Shown piece by piece: positions 5,634 to 15,374 of a stretch of 26,008 bases of DNA. How positions within the stretch are numbered: the first letter of the stretch is position 1; each line of letters opens with the position of its first letter. The DNA is taken from positions 1 through 26,008 of IMG/VR virus record IMGVR_UViG_3300047363_000156; one strand, given 5' to 3'. This DNA is from a virus. Taxonomy: Duplodnaviria; Caudoviricetes. The translations under genes were made by a program, and so were the position numbers. The notes under the pieces are model-generated. The model saw only the letters and a program-made list of their open reading frames with translations, was not told where the DNA came from and made no database searches.

Positions 5634-7576
5634 CCCTTCAAACCCAGTAACCACGCGGGTTCGCAGACGTACCATCCAGATTGGTGCTTTTCTAGGTGTT
5701 CCATTTTCCTTAATTGAGCGAGTGGGCCACGATCTTGAGTACCAAAAGCATATTTTTTCGCCGTTGCCGCAGAATGACCCATTTTTTCAAAAATTCCCTG
5801 CGAAAAAGCGTTGCTAACAAACGGACAACCGTTCAATAATTCGCGTCCAGATTCGTGCCACATGTTCTCAAAAAGTGATTTTGCTGCCCTACTTTTTCCG
5901 TCATTTTTGACCGGCGCATCGGCGGCAACAACAACCAAACTTCCAACCTGATCACCATCCTCATCATACCAACCACCAATATCCTGCTTCTCCAAATTGA
6001 CGTACATGGTCGGAGCCATTTCAGAGTCTTTCGCCTTGCGCTGAATAATCTCCATTGGCTTATCTTCCTTTGCAGCCACAACACTGATCTCAATATCCAA
6101 CGCCCCGCGCCATGCGCTAGAACCCCTCGCACGATGCTGTGCTTCCTCGTTAACGCCTGTATGATGAACAAGGATAACCGAGCACCCAAAGTCCCTCATA
6201 ATGGCTCCACATGCGTCTATCATCGTCCTAGCGTCCTGTGCGCTATTCTCATCGCCTGACATGAATCGGTGCAACGTATCAACCACAACCAACTTCGGTG
6301 TCTCTGGTAACTGACTGAGCGATTCATAGACCTTCTGCAAGCCCTCTGGCTTGTTCAGATCGCACCCTGAGCTACTCATAAAGAAGTCAGCATGATCGCA
6401 CTCATTAGCCTGTACCCATGCCTCTATGCGCCCTCTAAAGCCATGATGACCCTCACCAGCCAGATAAACCACTGAGCCAGGTGTTACCTTATTACCCATC
6501 CACTCGCCTTGGCCTGAGGCAATACGTAAACACCAATCCAGTACCAAGAAGCTCTTACCGCACCCACTTGGACCATGTACCATGATCAACGAGTCATCCT
6601 GAATCCAGTTCTTAATCATCCACCGCAATGGTGCGGGTTGTCCTCGCAGATCGGCAAACCCTGTCAGCCAATCAGCTTTCTTTTCAGGCTTAATCAACTC
6701 ATTCAAATCACCACCATCCAACACATAATCATTGGCATCCATTCCCAAGGGTGGCAACACAACCTTAAAGCCATACTTAACGGCCTTTTTAGCGTACTTC
6801 TCGCCTACCCCATGCTCATCATTATCTGCGAACACAACGCCTCCTACGCCCTTGTATCTCTCGCATATCCGTGGGATATTTGAGGCATTGAATGCCACTA
6901 TGCATGGGATAGCCGTGGCCTCATAAATCGTGGCGGCAGTGGCATAACCCTCAGCCACATAAACCTCCGAGCCAATCTCACCCCCGACCACAAACTCACA
7001 GCCCTCAGTCTTGCCTCCTGTATGAAACAACTTGCCACCATCGACATCAATGTACTGCAAGCTGACCACCTGCTCACCGTCCATGACAGGAACCACGAGC
7101 CTACCATCGTCAGTTGCCTTTAAGCCGTGTGACTTAACGCCCTTTGCCACTAAGTAAGGGTGATCATCGGTAGCCTCGGCGCAAGCCTCAAGGATTGACT
7201 GAACAGACAGCGCCGCAGACTCTCGCCTCTTTTCCATCTCAACCTTGTTAATCTCCTGCGCCTTTTGTATTGACCGCTTCATTGTCAGCGACTCCAGTGC
7301 GCTCAACTCTCGGCCAATGTCTGCCCTAAAGGTCACATCAAGCCCCTGTTTCCAATCGCCAAATCGACCGGCAGTAGCGATGCCACTCTCAAACAGCACA
7401 TACCAACAGTTCTTCTTCTTACCAAACCTGCGTATTTTGCCATCCATGATAATCTCATTGGGTGGCGTTATACCTGCATCGTGCATTGCATCTATTACCT
7501 GCTCCATAGGGCTTTTGTTTACGGTCTCTGTGTTGATCCTAAAGTTAGCCGGTAGGATTGTTGTTAAGTCAGTCAT
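5612..7576 (-). CDS. DNA primase-helicase (TOPRIM + AAA_25/RepA-like)
   Basis: TOPRIM EGYATA...ADND...DAND; Walker A GPSGCGKS, Walker B VVVDT, ILVHH and RGSSA motifs. Confidence 0.9.
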   Translation of the reverse strand: MTDLTTILPANFRINTETVNKSPMEQVIDAMHDAGITPPNEIIMDGKIRRFGKKKNCWYVLFESGIATAGRFGDWKQGLDVTFRADIGRELSALESLTMKRSIQKAQEINKVEMEKRRESAALSVQSILEACAEATDDHPYLVAKGVKSHGLKATDDGRLVVPVMDGEQVVSLQYIDVDGGKLFHTGGKTEGCEFVVGGEIGSEVYVAEGYATAATIYEATAIPCIVAFNASNIPRICERYKGVGGVVFADNDEHGVGEKYAKKAVKYGFKVVLPPLGMDANDYVLDGGDLNELIKPEKKADWLTGFADLRGQPAPLRWMIKNWIQDDSLIMVHGPSGCGKSFLVLDWCLRIASGQGEWMGNKVTPGSVVYLAGEGHHGFRGRIEAWVQANECDHADFFMSSSGCDLNKPEGLQKVYESLSQLPETPKLVVVDTLHRFMSGDENSAQDARTMIDACGAIMRDFGCSVILVHHTGVNEEAQHRARGSSAWRGALDIEISVVAAKEDKPMEIIQRKAKDSEMAPTMYVNLEKQDIGGWYDEDGDQVGSLVVVAADAPVKNDGKSRAAKSLFENMWHESGRELLNGCPFVSNAFSQGIFEKMGHSAATAKKYAFGTQDRGPLAQLRKMEHLEKHQSGWYVCEPAWLLGLKGMEQNGT

Positions 7577-9164
7577 GTTTGCTCCATTTCCTATTTACAA
7601 TTCTATGAAATTTACCATCTTTTCTATACTCAATGCTTGCCGGTGGCATAGCACCACTCATTGCATCGCACAACGCTTGTATATCACCACAATGCGATAT
7701 GTCACAACCTGCACTACCTGCCATGCTCATAACGGTAGCCACCGCTTTCTGACCTGCATAGCCGCCATGTGCCACTGGCAGGTACTCATGGATTGGACGT
7801 TCATTATACCCGCCAAAATAACTGAGCTTAACCATCTCCTTTCCACTTGACCTGCTTGTATGCTTAATCCATCGCCATCCTGTTATATTCAACTCTTTGC
7901 CAGATAAAGCCATGATGTCATCGTTATGCAAGGTCAAGTCAGCTTTCTCAGGTGGCGGGAACTCAAACCCACATGCAGGGCAAACCTTAGCCGTGGGATG
8001 GACTAGCTCATGGCACTCATCGCAAGCCTTAACTGGAGCCTCACCCTTGCCTTCACGCGAACCCATGTCCTTTGGTGGTTGCACATAAGTAATAGGACCA
8101 TGCTGCTCAACAACACCTGCAAAGTCCAGAACCAAGCAATGATCAGTGTGGCTTTTCAACCGCATCCCTCGACCTGCCATTTGCACATACAGTCCAGGCG
8201 ACATCGTTGGTCGCAACATTGCAATGAGATCAATGTCGGGATAATCAAAACCAGTGGTTAACACATTGGCATTGGTCAATGCCTGTATCTCGCCTCGCTT
8301 ATACCTGTCAATGATTGCCTCGCGCTCTGCTTTAGGTGTTTTACCTGTTATGCATTCAGACACAATACCCCTTGCTTGCAGTGCCTCGCAAACATGCATT
8401 GCATGATCTACGCCCGAACAGAAAAACAACCAAGCCTTGCGATCACCTGCAAGCTGTATGACCTCATCGACCACCGCCTGATTCATAGGGTCGGTGTCCA
8501 CGGCTGCTTGCAACTGGCTCTCGATAAACTCACCCCCACGCTTCTTCACTCCAGTGGTGTCAAGGTGGGAGTCTGTCAGTTTCGACCTTAATGGCGCTAG
8601 GTATCCGTCAGTGACTAACTCGGCAATGGTAACTGGTTCAATAAGATCATTAAAGATTGCGCCATCATTCGTAATGTAGCCCTGCCCTAAACGATAAGGG
8701 GTGGCTGTCAAACCAATGACACGCAATGACGGATTAATCACAGATAGATCGTCAATTAACTGACGGTAGCCACCCTCGGCCTTGTTGTTAATGAGATGGC
8801 ACTCGTCAATCAATATAATATCAACATGCCCAAGCTGTTGAGCCTTGTTGCGTAGCGACTGTATTCCGCCAAAGGTTATGCTATCAATATCTCTGCGGTT
8901 AAGACCTGCCGAGTATATACCCAATGGTGCATTAGGCCACGCGCTCCGCAACTTACTTGCATTCTGTTCAATCAATTCTTTAACATGGGTCAGCATGAGT
9001 ATTTTTGTGTCACGCCAAGACCTAACAACAACTTGGCAAAACTCCGAGACAATGTGACTTTTACCTGCTCCAGTTGGGAGCACTAAGCAGGGGTTTCCAT
9101 CGTTCTTCTGTAGCCACTCAAATAACTCATCTATAGACCTCTGTTGGTAGGGTCTGAGTGGCAT
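7569..9164 (-). CDS. SF2 DEAD/DEAH helicase, RadD/YejH-like with Zn finger
   Basis: LRPYQ, PTGAGKS, DECH, TAT, QMAGRGMR, CxxC...CxxC; start ATG 9164 by TAATG coupling and GGAGG. Confidence 0.92.
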   Translation of the reverse strand: MPLRPYQQRSIDELFEWLQKNDGNPCLVLPTGAGKSHIVSEFCQVVVRSWRDTKILMLTHVKELIEQNASKLRSAWPNAPLGIYSAGLNRRDIDSITFGGIQSLRNKAQQLGHVDIILIDECHLINNKAEGGYRQLIDDLSVINPSLRVIGLTATPYRLGQGYITNDGAIFNDLIEPVTIAELVTDGYLAPLRSKLTDSHLDTTGVKKRGGEFIESQLQAAVDTDPMNQAVVDEVIQLAGDRKAWLFFCSGVDHAMHVCEALQARGIVSECITGKTPKAEREAIIDRYKRGEIQALTNANVLTTGFDYPDIDLIAMLRPTMSPGLYVQMAGRGMRLKSHTDHCLVLDFAGVVEQHGPITYVQPPKDMGSREGKGEAPVKACDECHELVHPTAKVCPACGFEFPPPEKADLTLHNDDIMALSGKELNITGWRWIKHTSRSSGKEMVKLSYFGGYNERPIHEYLPVAHGGYAGQKAVATVMSMAGSAGCDISHCGDIQALCDAMSGAMPPASIEYRKDGKFHRIVNRKWSKHD

Positions 9165-9421
9165 TACACCAGCCTCCTTTTCAACCACTGAGCCGACACC
9201 TCTTCTGACTTCTTGTCAAACACTGGGTAATTGTTCTTTACTTTTACCTTTGCAGTCCTAAACAGAAAGTCATCAAACGTATACTTAAACTTCAAATGAT
9301 TCTTCAATGTTGATATGTTAATACCTGTTGCATCACTGATCTGCCGGTAACTGTAAAACTCGCCCTTAACAAATCTATGATCCTCGCCCATAAACTCTAG
9401 TAATTTTTTAGTGTGACTCAT
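9164..9421 (-). CDS. putative HTH DNA-binding protein
   Basis: SYRQISDATGINISTLKNHLK helix-turn-helix pattern. Confidence 0.7.
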   Translation of the reverse strand: MSHTKKLLEFMGEDHRFVKGEFYSYRQISDATGINISTLKNHLKFKYTFDDFLFRTAKVKVKNNYPVFDKKSEEVSAQWLKRRLV

Positions 9422-10425
9422 CCAACAACCTCTCCACCAAATACCTCTTTGGCCTTTATTATTTCAGGCATAGCACAAGCATCTGCATTTGCAATTAGTT
9501 CGCTTGATTTAAAATGCCCCTGACCGTTCTTAACCACTGAGTCGCCAACTTTATACGCGGCCACCCACTCTGTACTTTGATCTGCATCAATCTCCCAAGG
9601 AACCAGGTCAGGGTGCAACACATGATCATCGCATCCCTCCAACTGATACTTATACGGCACTGTCCCTTGATGCTTTTCGCAATAAAACGTGCTGTCACTT
9701 TTTGATGTGCTATGAGCGCACGTTCGACAATTTACTTCCTTTGTCTTTTTAGAGTAATGACATATATCACTCGCTGGACACATCTTGCACTGATACCAGC
9801 TTGGGTCAGTTGATATAGGTGGCGGCATTCTATCAGCCAATGCTAGCCTATGCCCCTTATCAACCAGCTCTTGCGCCATCTTTCGGTCTAGCTCAACGCG
9901 CTCCGTGTAGTAGCTGTCATCATCCTTACACACCGCAACGTATAGCGATCTATCGACATCAAGACCCCACATGTATAGCTGCATCTGTACAAAGTGCATT
10001 GGCTTTGACTTTTCAACACCGTTTTTGGTCAAATCCTTAAACGACTTTAGGCTGTGTGTCTTAAACTCAGCAACATGCCTTTTAGTTGGAGCCTCTGGTA
10101 CACCAGACTCAATAACCCCATCTACCGATCCAGATACATGACAGCCAAAGTCAACCCTAGTCTGATCACCACCAATGCGAATGCCGATCATCCGTAAGTC
10201 ATTGGCAATTTGCTCTTCCTCTAGCTGACCTCTGCGAAATAGCCTAAGCATACGACCGCTAAACTTCTCGATAAATGCCCATCTAAAATTTAACCAAATG
10301 TATCGCTCGCAATGATGGCCAAGGCCAGAACAACCAAGGTGCGCCCTTGGCTGCTCTAGCTTTAACTCATGAGCCATGTCAATCCTAGATGCAACGCTAT
10401 GCATTTTTTTTGGTATGGCTACCAT
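9418..10425 (-). CDS. Cas4/PD-(D/E)XK-like phage exonuclease
   Basis: GSVDG...AEFKT...QMQLYM; N-terminal C plus CKMC.....C Fe-S-type cysteines; additional CRTC. Confidence 0.85.
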   Translation of the reverse strand: MVAIPKKMHSVASRIDMAHELKLEQPRAHLGCSGLGHHCERYIWLNFRWAFIEKFSGRMLRLFRRGQLEEEQIANDLRMIGIRIGGDQTRVDFGCHVSGSVDGVIESGVPEAPTKRHVAEFKTHSLKSFKDLTKNGVEKSKPMHFVQMQLYMWGLDVDRSLYVAVCKDDDSYYTERVELDRKMAQELVDKGHRLALADRMPPPISTDPSWYQCKMCPASDICHYSKKTKEVNCRTCAHSTSKSDSTFYCEKHQGTVPYKYQLEGCDDHVLHPDLVPWEIDADQSTEWVAAYKVGDSVVKNGQGHFKSSELIANADACAMPEIIKAKEVFGGEVVG

Positions 10426-10434
10426 AATCAACCC

Positions 10435-10944
10435 CTAAAATGGAACGTCAGCATCATTAGGTTGTTCGGCTTTGGCTTTCATCCAAGCAGGGCGATTATC
10501 TACTGCCGCCGCTTGCTTAGGCGCTGACGCTTGACCACCTGTGTTCGATGCTGGGTAAAACCCCTTGACTTCATTGCTTGGCCCATACTGCGGGTCATCC
10601 TTAACGGTAATTTTAATCTGACACATACCGTTAATTAACTGCTCCGTGTCAGTCAGTTGCCCAGTAACGCCAATCGCCTTGCAAAGCTGACCCAACTGTT
10701 GTGCCGCAATTTCCTCGGCCTTTGGGTTAGGGTTGCGAATGTTAATATTCGTAAACACCACCCTGCCCGACTGCTCGGCCCCAATAATATCAAAGCGCAT
10801 TTTTAAATACTGACCAGTACCCGCCTTTGTGTCTTTCAGCTCCACCTCCGTGATCATTGCAGGATATTTACCTGCCGGTACAGGCGCATAGTCATCACTT
10901 TCTGGCAATGCGTCTACGTCAATGGGATTTAATAATTGTGTCAT
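10435..10944 (-). CDS. DUF669 single-stranded DNA-binding protein
   Basis: YAPVPAGKY...K.TKAGTGQYL...NEVK; acidic tail ending DADVPF. Confidence 0.85.
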   Translation of the reverse strand: MTQLLNPIDVDALPESDDYAPVPAGKYPAMITEVELKDTKAGTGQYLKMRFDIIGAEQSGRVVFTNINIRNPNPKAEEIAAQQLGQLCKAIGVTGQLTDTEQLINGMCQIKITVKDDPQYGPSNEVKGFYPASNTGGQASAPKQAAAVDNRPAWMKAKAEQPNDADVPF

Positions 10945-10945
10945 T

Positions 10946-11332
10946 TTATACCTCTATATTTTCAGTTATTGAAACTGACGGTTTGCCAGTTTTGGTTGTG
11001 ATTGCCTGTGTAAATGGCAATCGTTGCTTTTCATCGGCATTGTCCCAAACCTTTTTGTTGAGTTCTGGCTTCCACCGAAAAAATGTTGCTAAGTGTTGCT
11101 CTAAATTATTCTCTGCTGCAATCTCCTCCAACATTGCCGCGTCTATTGAGTGTGATTCACGCGACACAATCTTAACAGTATGGCCATGAGCCTCTACCTT
11201 AGTTGTGCCAGTTTTTTTAATATCAATCAAGCCGCAAAGTCTTTCCTCAAGCGCCAAGCTGGTGCGCTTTGCCTCCGATTCTTCTTGCTTGGCTTTCTTG
11301 ATACTGTCAATAAGATAGCCTACTTCATCCAT
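10946..11332 (-). CDS. conserved phage recombination-module protein
   Basis: FRWKPEL...W...AITTKTGKPS pattern typical of the gene between Sak4 and the DUF669 SSB. Confidence 0.75.
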   Translation of the reverse strand: MDEVGYLIDSIKKAKQEESEAKRTSLALEERLCGLIDIKKTGTTKVEAHGHTVKIVSRESHSIDAAMLEEIAAENNLEQHLATFFRWKPELNKKVWDNADEKQRLPFTQAITTKTGKPSVSITENIEV

Positions 11333-11852
11333 TTTCTTTCTCCTTCGCGTTTAAATAGTCTAGTAGAGGCTGGACGTTCTTTTCATCAGTAAGGACTGGG
11401 TAGCCTCTTTCTACTTCAAAGCCTAATTCCACACGCCAGCACAATTTTTTATAATTATATGAAGGTTGATATTTAGCCTGATTCCTGTCACTCCAATTTA
11501 CTTTTTGATCAGGCTCAAGGTTGCTCACGGCTTGGGCTACCATGTTGTAACGGCTTTGGTACGTGGAGGCTTCTTCTGCAAGCTCGCGGGTTTTGTAGAC
11601 GTTGTGATGTTTTAGTCGATCTCGATCGTAAACGTGATCATTCCAAGTGCTTTTATAACACTTACCATGCTCTGGAATATAAAAATACTTTTCGCCTACG
11701 TTCGGCTCCCAAACAATGCTTTCGGATTCGGGCTGTAGCTCCTTAACGCGTTGCACTAACCTAAGTATTGCATCTGCATAATTCCTAGACCGCCCTAAGT
11801 CTAATTGCTTTGCCAACTCTAACGCATTTTCGATTGACTCTTTATCACTCAT
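11325..11852 (-). CDS. hypothetical phage protein
   Basis: GGAGGTGAGTG-ATG; WEPNVGEKYFYI...NVYKTRELAEEA motif. Confidence 0.8.
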   Translation of the reverse strand: MSDKESIENALELAKQLDLGRSRNYADAILRLVQRVKELQPESESIVWEPNVGEKYFYIPEHGKCYKSTWNDHVYDRDRLKHHNVYKTRELAEEASTYQSRYNMVAQAVSNLEPDQKVNWSDRNQAKYQPSYNYKKLCWRVELGFEVERGYPVLTDEKNVQPLLDYLNAKEKENG

Positions 11853-12309
11853 CACTCACCTCCGTTAGCCTATATTCTTTACCATCAATGACCACCGTTT
11901 TACCATTACAGGTATTGTTTCTTCGAGCCATCTCTGCTTTGTGCTCAGACTCGGTGTAAAACTCACCGTTCAAGTACCACGCCTTATACCCATCGGCGTA
12001 CTCTTTAGCGGGACCATCTTCACGATGTTGCTCACCGTTCAAGTACCACGCCTTATACCCATCGGCGTACTCTTTAGCGGGACCATCTTCACGATGTAAC
12101 TTACCGTTCAAGTACCACGCCTTATTCCCATCGGCCCACTCAATAGCAGGACCGTCTTCACGATGTCGCTTACCGTTCAAGTACCACGCCTTAGACCCAT
12201 CGGCCCACTCAATAGCAGGACCACCTTCACGGTGCCACTTACCGTCTAACCACCACTCCTTATGCCCACGCGGATAAACCTTCACTTCATACTTAATATA
12301 ATCACTCAT
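11845..12309 (-). CDS. HREDGPA (MORN-variant/YwqK-like) repeat protein
   Basis: Four 23-aa repeats HREDGPA(I/K)E(W/Y)ADGxKAWYLNG. Confidence 0.85.
   Translation of the reverse strand: MSDYIKYEVKVYPRGHKEWWLDGKWHREGGPAIEWADGSKAWYLNGKRHREDGPAIEWADGNKAWYLNGKLHREDGPAKEYADGYKAWYLNGEQHREDGPAKEYADGYKAWYLNGEFYTESEHKAEMARRNNTCNGKTVVIDGKEYRLTEVSDE
11962..12262. repeat. 69-bp coding tandem repeat, about 4.3 copies
   Basis: ACCGT starts at 11965, 12034, 12103, 12172, 12241. Confidence 0.9.
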
Positions 12310-12980
12310 CACTCACCTCCAATCTTCTTAATGATAGCCCCCAGATCTGGCTCCTCCCACATATCGAGCCGACCCGACCGATCCTTAGCGTCATAAACGC
12401 CATCAGGTCTTGTCATCAATGTGCGAAACGGATTACCCTCAGCATCGCGCTCTACGCGCAAGGCTAGGACTTCATCAAAAAAATAAGGTAAAGATTGTGC
12501 CAACTTGTTACCTGGCATAGATGATGCAAACAATGTGCGGCCAAGCTCGTCTTGAGATTTCTCCATCTTTGCGGAAAAATAAACGTGCTTGCCAGATAGG
12601 TCACGAAACTCTCGTATGAAATAACCCATGATGTCCTGCATCTGACCATAAGCCTGTCGCGGGTCTTTTGCTGCCGCTTTTTCTGCTGACAGTATTACCT
12701 CAGCAATCTCTGAGATAGAGTCAAGCGCAACAGATTGAAATTGCGATGCCTCGGCTGACTTGCAAAACTCAAGCGCCTCATTAAAGGTAGATGCCGAGTT
12801 GATCTCAATATAAGGAATGTCAGAGCCGCTAATTGACAATAGCCCACCCTCTGCTGACAAAATGATTGGATCAGGTAGCGTTGGTATTAATGATGTTTTA
12901 CCCGCGCCAGCCTGACCGTAAACTAAGAGCTTTACACCAGAACCCGCAAAACCCTTTGTGCTTTTTAGTTGAATAGCCAT
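12309..12980 (-). CDS. AAA_24 / Sak4-like ssDNA-annealing ATPase
   Basis: YGQAGAGKT, SAEGGLLS, VALDSISE, AKDRSGRL. Confidence 0.88.
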   Translation of the reverse strand: MAIQLKSTKGFAGSGVKLLVYGQAGAGKTSLIPTLPDPIILSAEGGLLSISGSDIPYIEINSASTFNEALEFCKSAEASQFQSVALDSISEIAEVILSAEKAAAKDPRQAYGQMQDIMGYFIREFRDLSGKHVYFSAKMEKSQDELGRTLFASSMPGNKLAQSLPYFFDEVLALRVERDAEGNPFRTLMTRPDGVYDAKDRSGRLDMWEEPDLGAIIKKIGGE

Positions 12981-13033
12981 GTTTATTTCCTCTTGTTATC
13001 CACTGTCTGACCAATTCATGTCGTGGTATATGC

Positions 13034-13062
13034 AATCTACACACATTTTTGTGACAATGCAA
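13034..13062 (-). promoter_or_regulatory. sigma70-type promoter of the replication operon
   Basis: TTGCAT (13062-13057), 17 nt, TAGATT (13039-13034); CACA-N4-TGTG dyad in the spacer. Confidence 0.65.
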
Positions 13063-13097
13063 GCCCTTGCAGAAACTTTTTTGTGATCCCTTTATCC

Positions 13098-13107
13098 ATG
13101 ATACAAT
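13098..13107 (+). promoter_or_regulatory. extended -10 promoter for VRR-NUC
   Basis: ATGATACAAT about 35 nt upstream of ATG 13141; divergent from the Sak4 promoter. Confidence 0.5.
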
Positions 13108-13140
13108 GTCGTTATTATCAAACAAAATAAGTGAGTCCTC

Positions 13141-13554
13141 ATGCCAAAACTGTCGCGCATTGAAGCCAAACAAATATTAAGCAACCACGTTCCAACCGAG
13201 CACGAAGAACAGCGCGAGTTTGTTAAGTGGTTTAGGCAGACATACCCGAAAGTCAGAATATTGGCCATTCCAAATGGCGGCTATCGAGGCAAGACGCAAG
13301 CGATGAAGCTAAAGGCCGAAGGCGTAAGCAAGGGTGTTCCTGATCTGTTCATACCTGAGTTCTTCCTATGGATTGAGATGAAACGCATTAAAGGCGGTAC
13401 TGTTGCTCCAGACCAAAAGGAATGGATAGACTACCTAAACAGCATTGGCTATCGCGCTATTGTTTGCAAAGGGTGTCAAGAAGCGCAAGAGGCAGTCACG
13501 GATTATGTTGCTGCAATATCCATTTTTACTGTGCCGCCTAACCAGCTTAACTAG
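13141..13554 (+). CDS. VRR-NUC nuclease (putative Holliday junction resolvase)
   Basis: EHEEQ...AIPNGG...EGVSKGVPDL...IEMK...Q..W motifs. Confidence 0.9.
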   Translation: MPKLSRIEAKQILSNHVPTEHEEQREFVKWFRQTYPKVRILAIPNGGYRGKTQAMKLKAEGVSKGVPDLFIPEFFLWIEMKRIKGGTVAPDQKEWIDYLNSIGYRAIVCKGCQEAQEAVTDYVAAISIFTVPPNQLN

Positions 13555-13766
13555 CTATCTGTGGGATAGTATTCCTCAATAGCCATCTCCGCGTAATGTA
13601 TAACTTTCAGCAAGTCCTCTTTACCATTCTTCATAATAAATCTTGATGCATACTTGACTATATTTCCTGCATACCAACATAAGCCGTTACGGTGAATATA
13701 AGTGATTGGCTGAATAGGCATGTCCTTGTAGTGACTGCCGCCCTCTTGTTTTTTCAATGCGCTCAT
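13551..13766 (-). CDS. DUF3310 protein (T7 gp1.7 nucleotide-kinase-like)
   Basis: QEGGSHYK...IQPI...GNIVKY..R...KNGKEDLLK..HY; ATG 13766 is TAATG-coupled to the upstream gene. Confidence 0.85.
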   Translation of the reverse strand: MSALKKQEGGSHYKDMPIQPITYIHRNGLCWYAGNIVKYASRFIMKNGKEDLLKVIHYAEMAIEEYYPTDS

Positions 13767-15373
13767 TACGCCCTCCATTTGCCGTTAATATGTGTAATCA
13801 TGCATCGTGCTCCATCGGGATAGATAATGTTATCCATCACCATCCACGAACCAATGCCTTTTGCATACTGCTCTGTCATTTTCATTGCCCAAGTGCCAAC
13901 GCACCAAGCTCCCTTAAAAATGCTCGGGGAATGGCTATGCCCTGTTGTCATTTTTAAGAACGCTTTGCTAAACGCCTGTGCCGAGCCTCTAGCGCCGTTA
14001 GCGCCCTTGTCGCCATGATGCGTACAATCAATCCCTGCAAACAATAATTGATCGTTGCGCGTCAAAAACACGACATTATTCTCGGTCTTTTCTCGATCAG
14101 GCAAAAACTCTGTCATAAAGTAAGTAAAGTCATCATCTGCCCATGAGTTGCCATAAAGACCTTTGTGACCCATATACCGCATATAAAAGTCAGCGTTGGC
14201 TATATCGTTTTTAGGTTGAAATCGGTTAAGCCACTTGCCAAATGCATTGGGGTGGTTGCTATCTACCACATAGCTAATGCGACCCTTACTGGTTTCGTTT
14301 AAATACTGCGCGGTCTCTTTTAGCTCATCCTCAACCAGCTTGTGACCTGTTTTCTCCTTGTGCATGGACAGCATAAGGTCATCTTTGTGGTGGTGGTTGC
14401 GAGTATAGAAGTCATCCACATCATGCCTAACCAAGCATTCTGGGTTTAGCGTTTCTATCGGCCCCTTTTTACCCCACAAACAATCGTGATCTTTCTTGGT
14501 CATGTGAACTCGGTGTTCATCGCCAATAATATAAGCTAATGGCCTGTGACCCTCAGTGACGCCATCGGGTGTAAAGTGCTCGTTTAAGAAATAAAAGTGA
14601 CCGTTTTTGTCAGCCTCAATCTGGAATATATAAAAATCATCTCCACGCATCTCAACGTACAAGCCAGCGAGGTTATGATGCTCCCTAGCTTTCATCGCTG
14701 TCTGGCTTCGCCCATAATTAGCCAAGGTGCAACTACCCGTGGAATGGAGCATCTTAGGGTCAACGCCATGCGGAGTAGGCACAAGCCTCATCTGCAACTG
14801 GCCATGGCCTATGATCATTGACCTCCCTCGGCCAATTAAGTCAAGCCCTCCCAGTGGGTTTGCGCTAGTAGCTGCAACCTTAACATCACCAGCGATCATT
14901 AACTTAGCGCCCAAATTAACATTCTTGTCTAAGTACCAACCATCTATGGAATGATCCCACTCAATGCCTGAATCAGCCCCCCTGTGAAACTTGTCGGGGT
15001 TCGCGTAGCGCGTCATAATAGCTATGGGATCGGCTTGCATGTGCTCGCAAAACACCTTAATAGTGTCAATAAAGCCTTGATGAACCGTTGAATTGTTTTG
15101 TGCCGATGTGATAAACCAACGCTTTGCCTTGGCCACACCTTTGGCTCTGACATTTAACGATTTATCCTCAAATCCTGCTTTAACAGCTCTCCGCATTGTT
15201 TCTTGCAAGCTCTGATTGATTGACTGCCGAGCAACTGACTTGCCATCTTCGGCCAATAATTTTGCAGCCTTTTGCGCGGAGCCATACTTCAAAACACTGT
15301 CAATATGCTCTTTACCGCGCACAGTCGCATACTTCCTAATCTTCCTTAGGGTATCGAGATCGGGTGCTGGCAT
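13766..15373 (-). CDS. A1: T5 A1-like protein (metallophosphoesterase-fold nuclease)
   Basis: FITSAQNN, STGSCTLANY, GDEH, HDVDDFYTRNHH, SNH, HGDKGANGARG, TGHSH, GIGSW are colinear with T5 A1 motifs as recalled; similar length (535 aa). Confidence 0.8.
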   Translation of the reverse strand: MPAPDLDTLRKIRKYATVRGKEHIDSVLKYGSAQKAAKLLAEDGKSVARQSINQSLQETMRRAVKAGFEDKSLNVRAKGVAKAKRWFITSAQNNSTVHQGFIDTIKVFCEHMQADPIAIMTRYANPDKFHRGADSGIEWDHSIDGWYLDKNVNLGAKLMIAGDVKVAATSANPLGGLDLIGRGRSMIIGHGQLQMRLVPTPHGVDPKMLHSTGSCTLANYGRSQTAMKAREHHNLAGLYVEMRGDDFYIFQIEADKNGHFYFLNEHFTPDGVTEGHRPLAYIIGDEHRVHMTKKDHDCLWGKKGPIETLNPECLVRHDVDDFYTRNHHHKDDLMLSMHKEKTGHKLVEDELKETAQYLNETSKGRISYVVDSNHPNAFGKWLNRFQPKNDIANADFYMRYMGHKGLYGNSWADDDFTYFMTEFLPDREKTENNVVFLTRNDQLLFAGIDCTHHGDKGANGARGSAQAFSKAFLKMTTGHSHSPSIFKGAWCVGTWAMKMTEQYAKGIGSWMVMDNIIYPDGARCMITHINGKWRA

Positions 15374-15374
15374 A

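Noticed and set aside
7245-7850. + strand 201-aa ORF and other + strand ORFs within long genes
   Set aside because: Antisense shadows of well-supported - strand genes, with no recognisable motifs.
9418-10425. Cas4 as part of a CRISPR-Cas system
   Set aside because: Solo Cas4-like exonuclease in a standard Sak4/SSB/helicase module; no array or other cas genes.
11962-12262. CRISPR array or DGR template/variable repeat
   Set aside because: Repeats are contiguous in-frame coding units with no unique spacers; no reverse transcriptase in the window.
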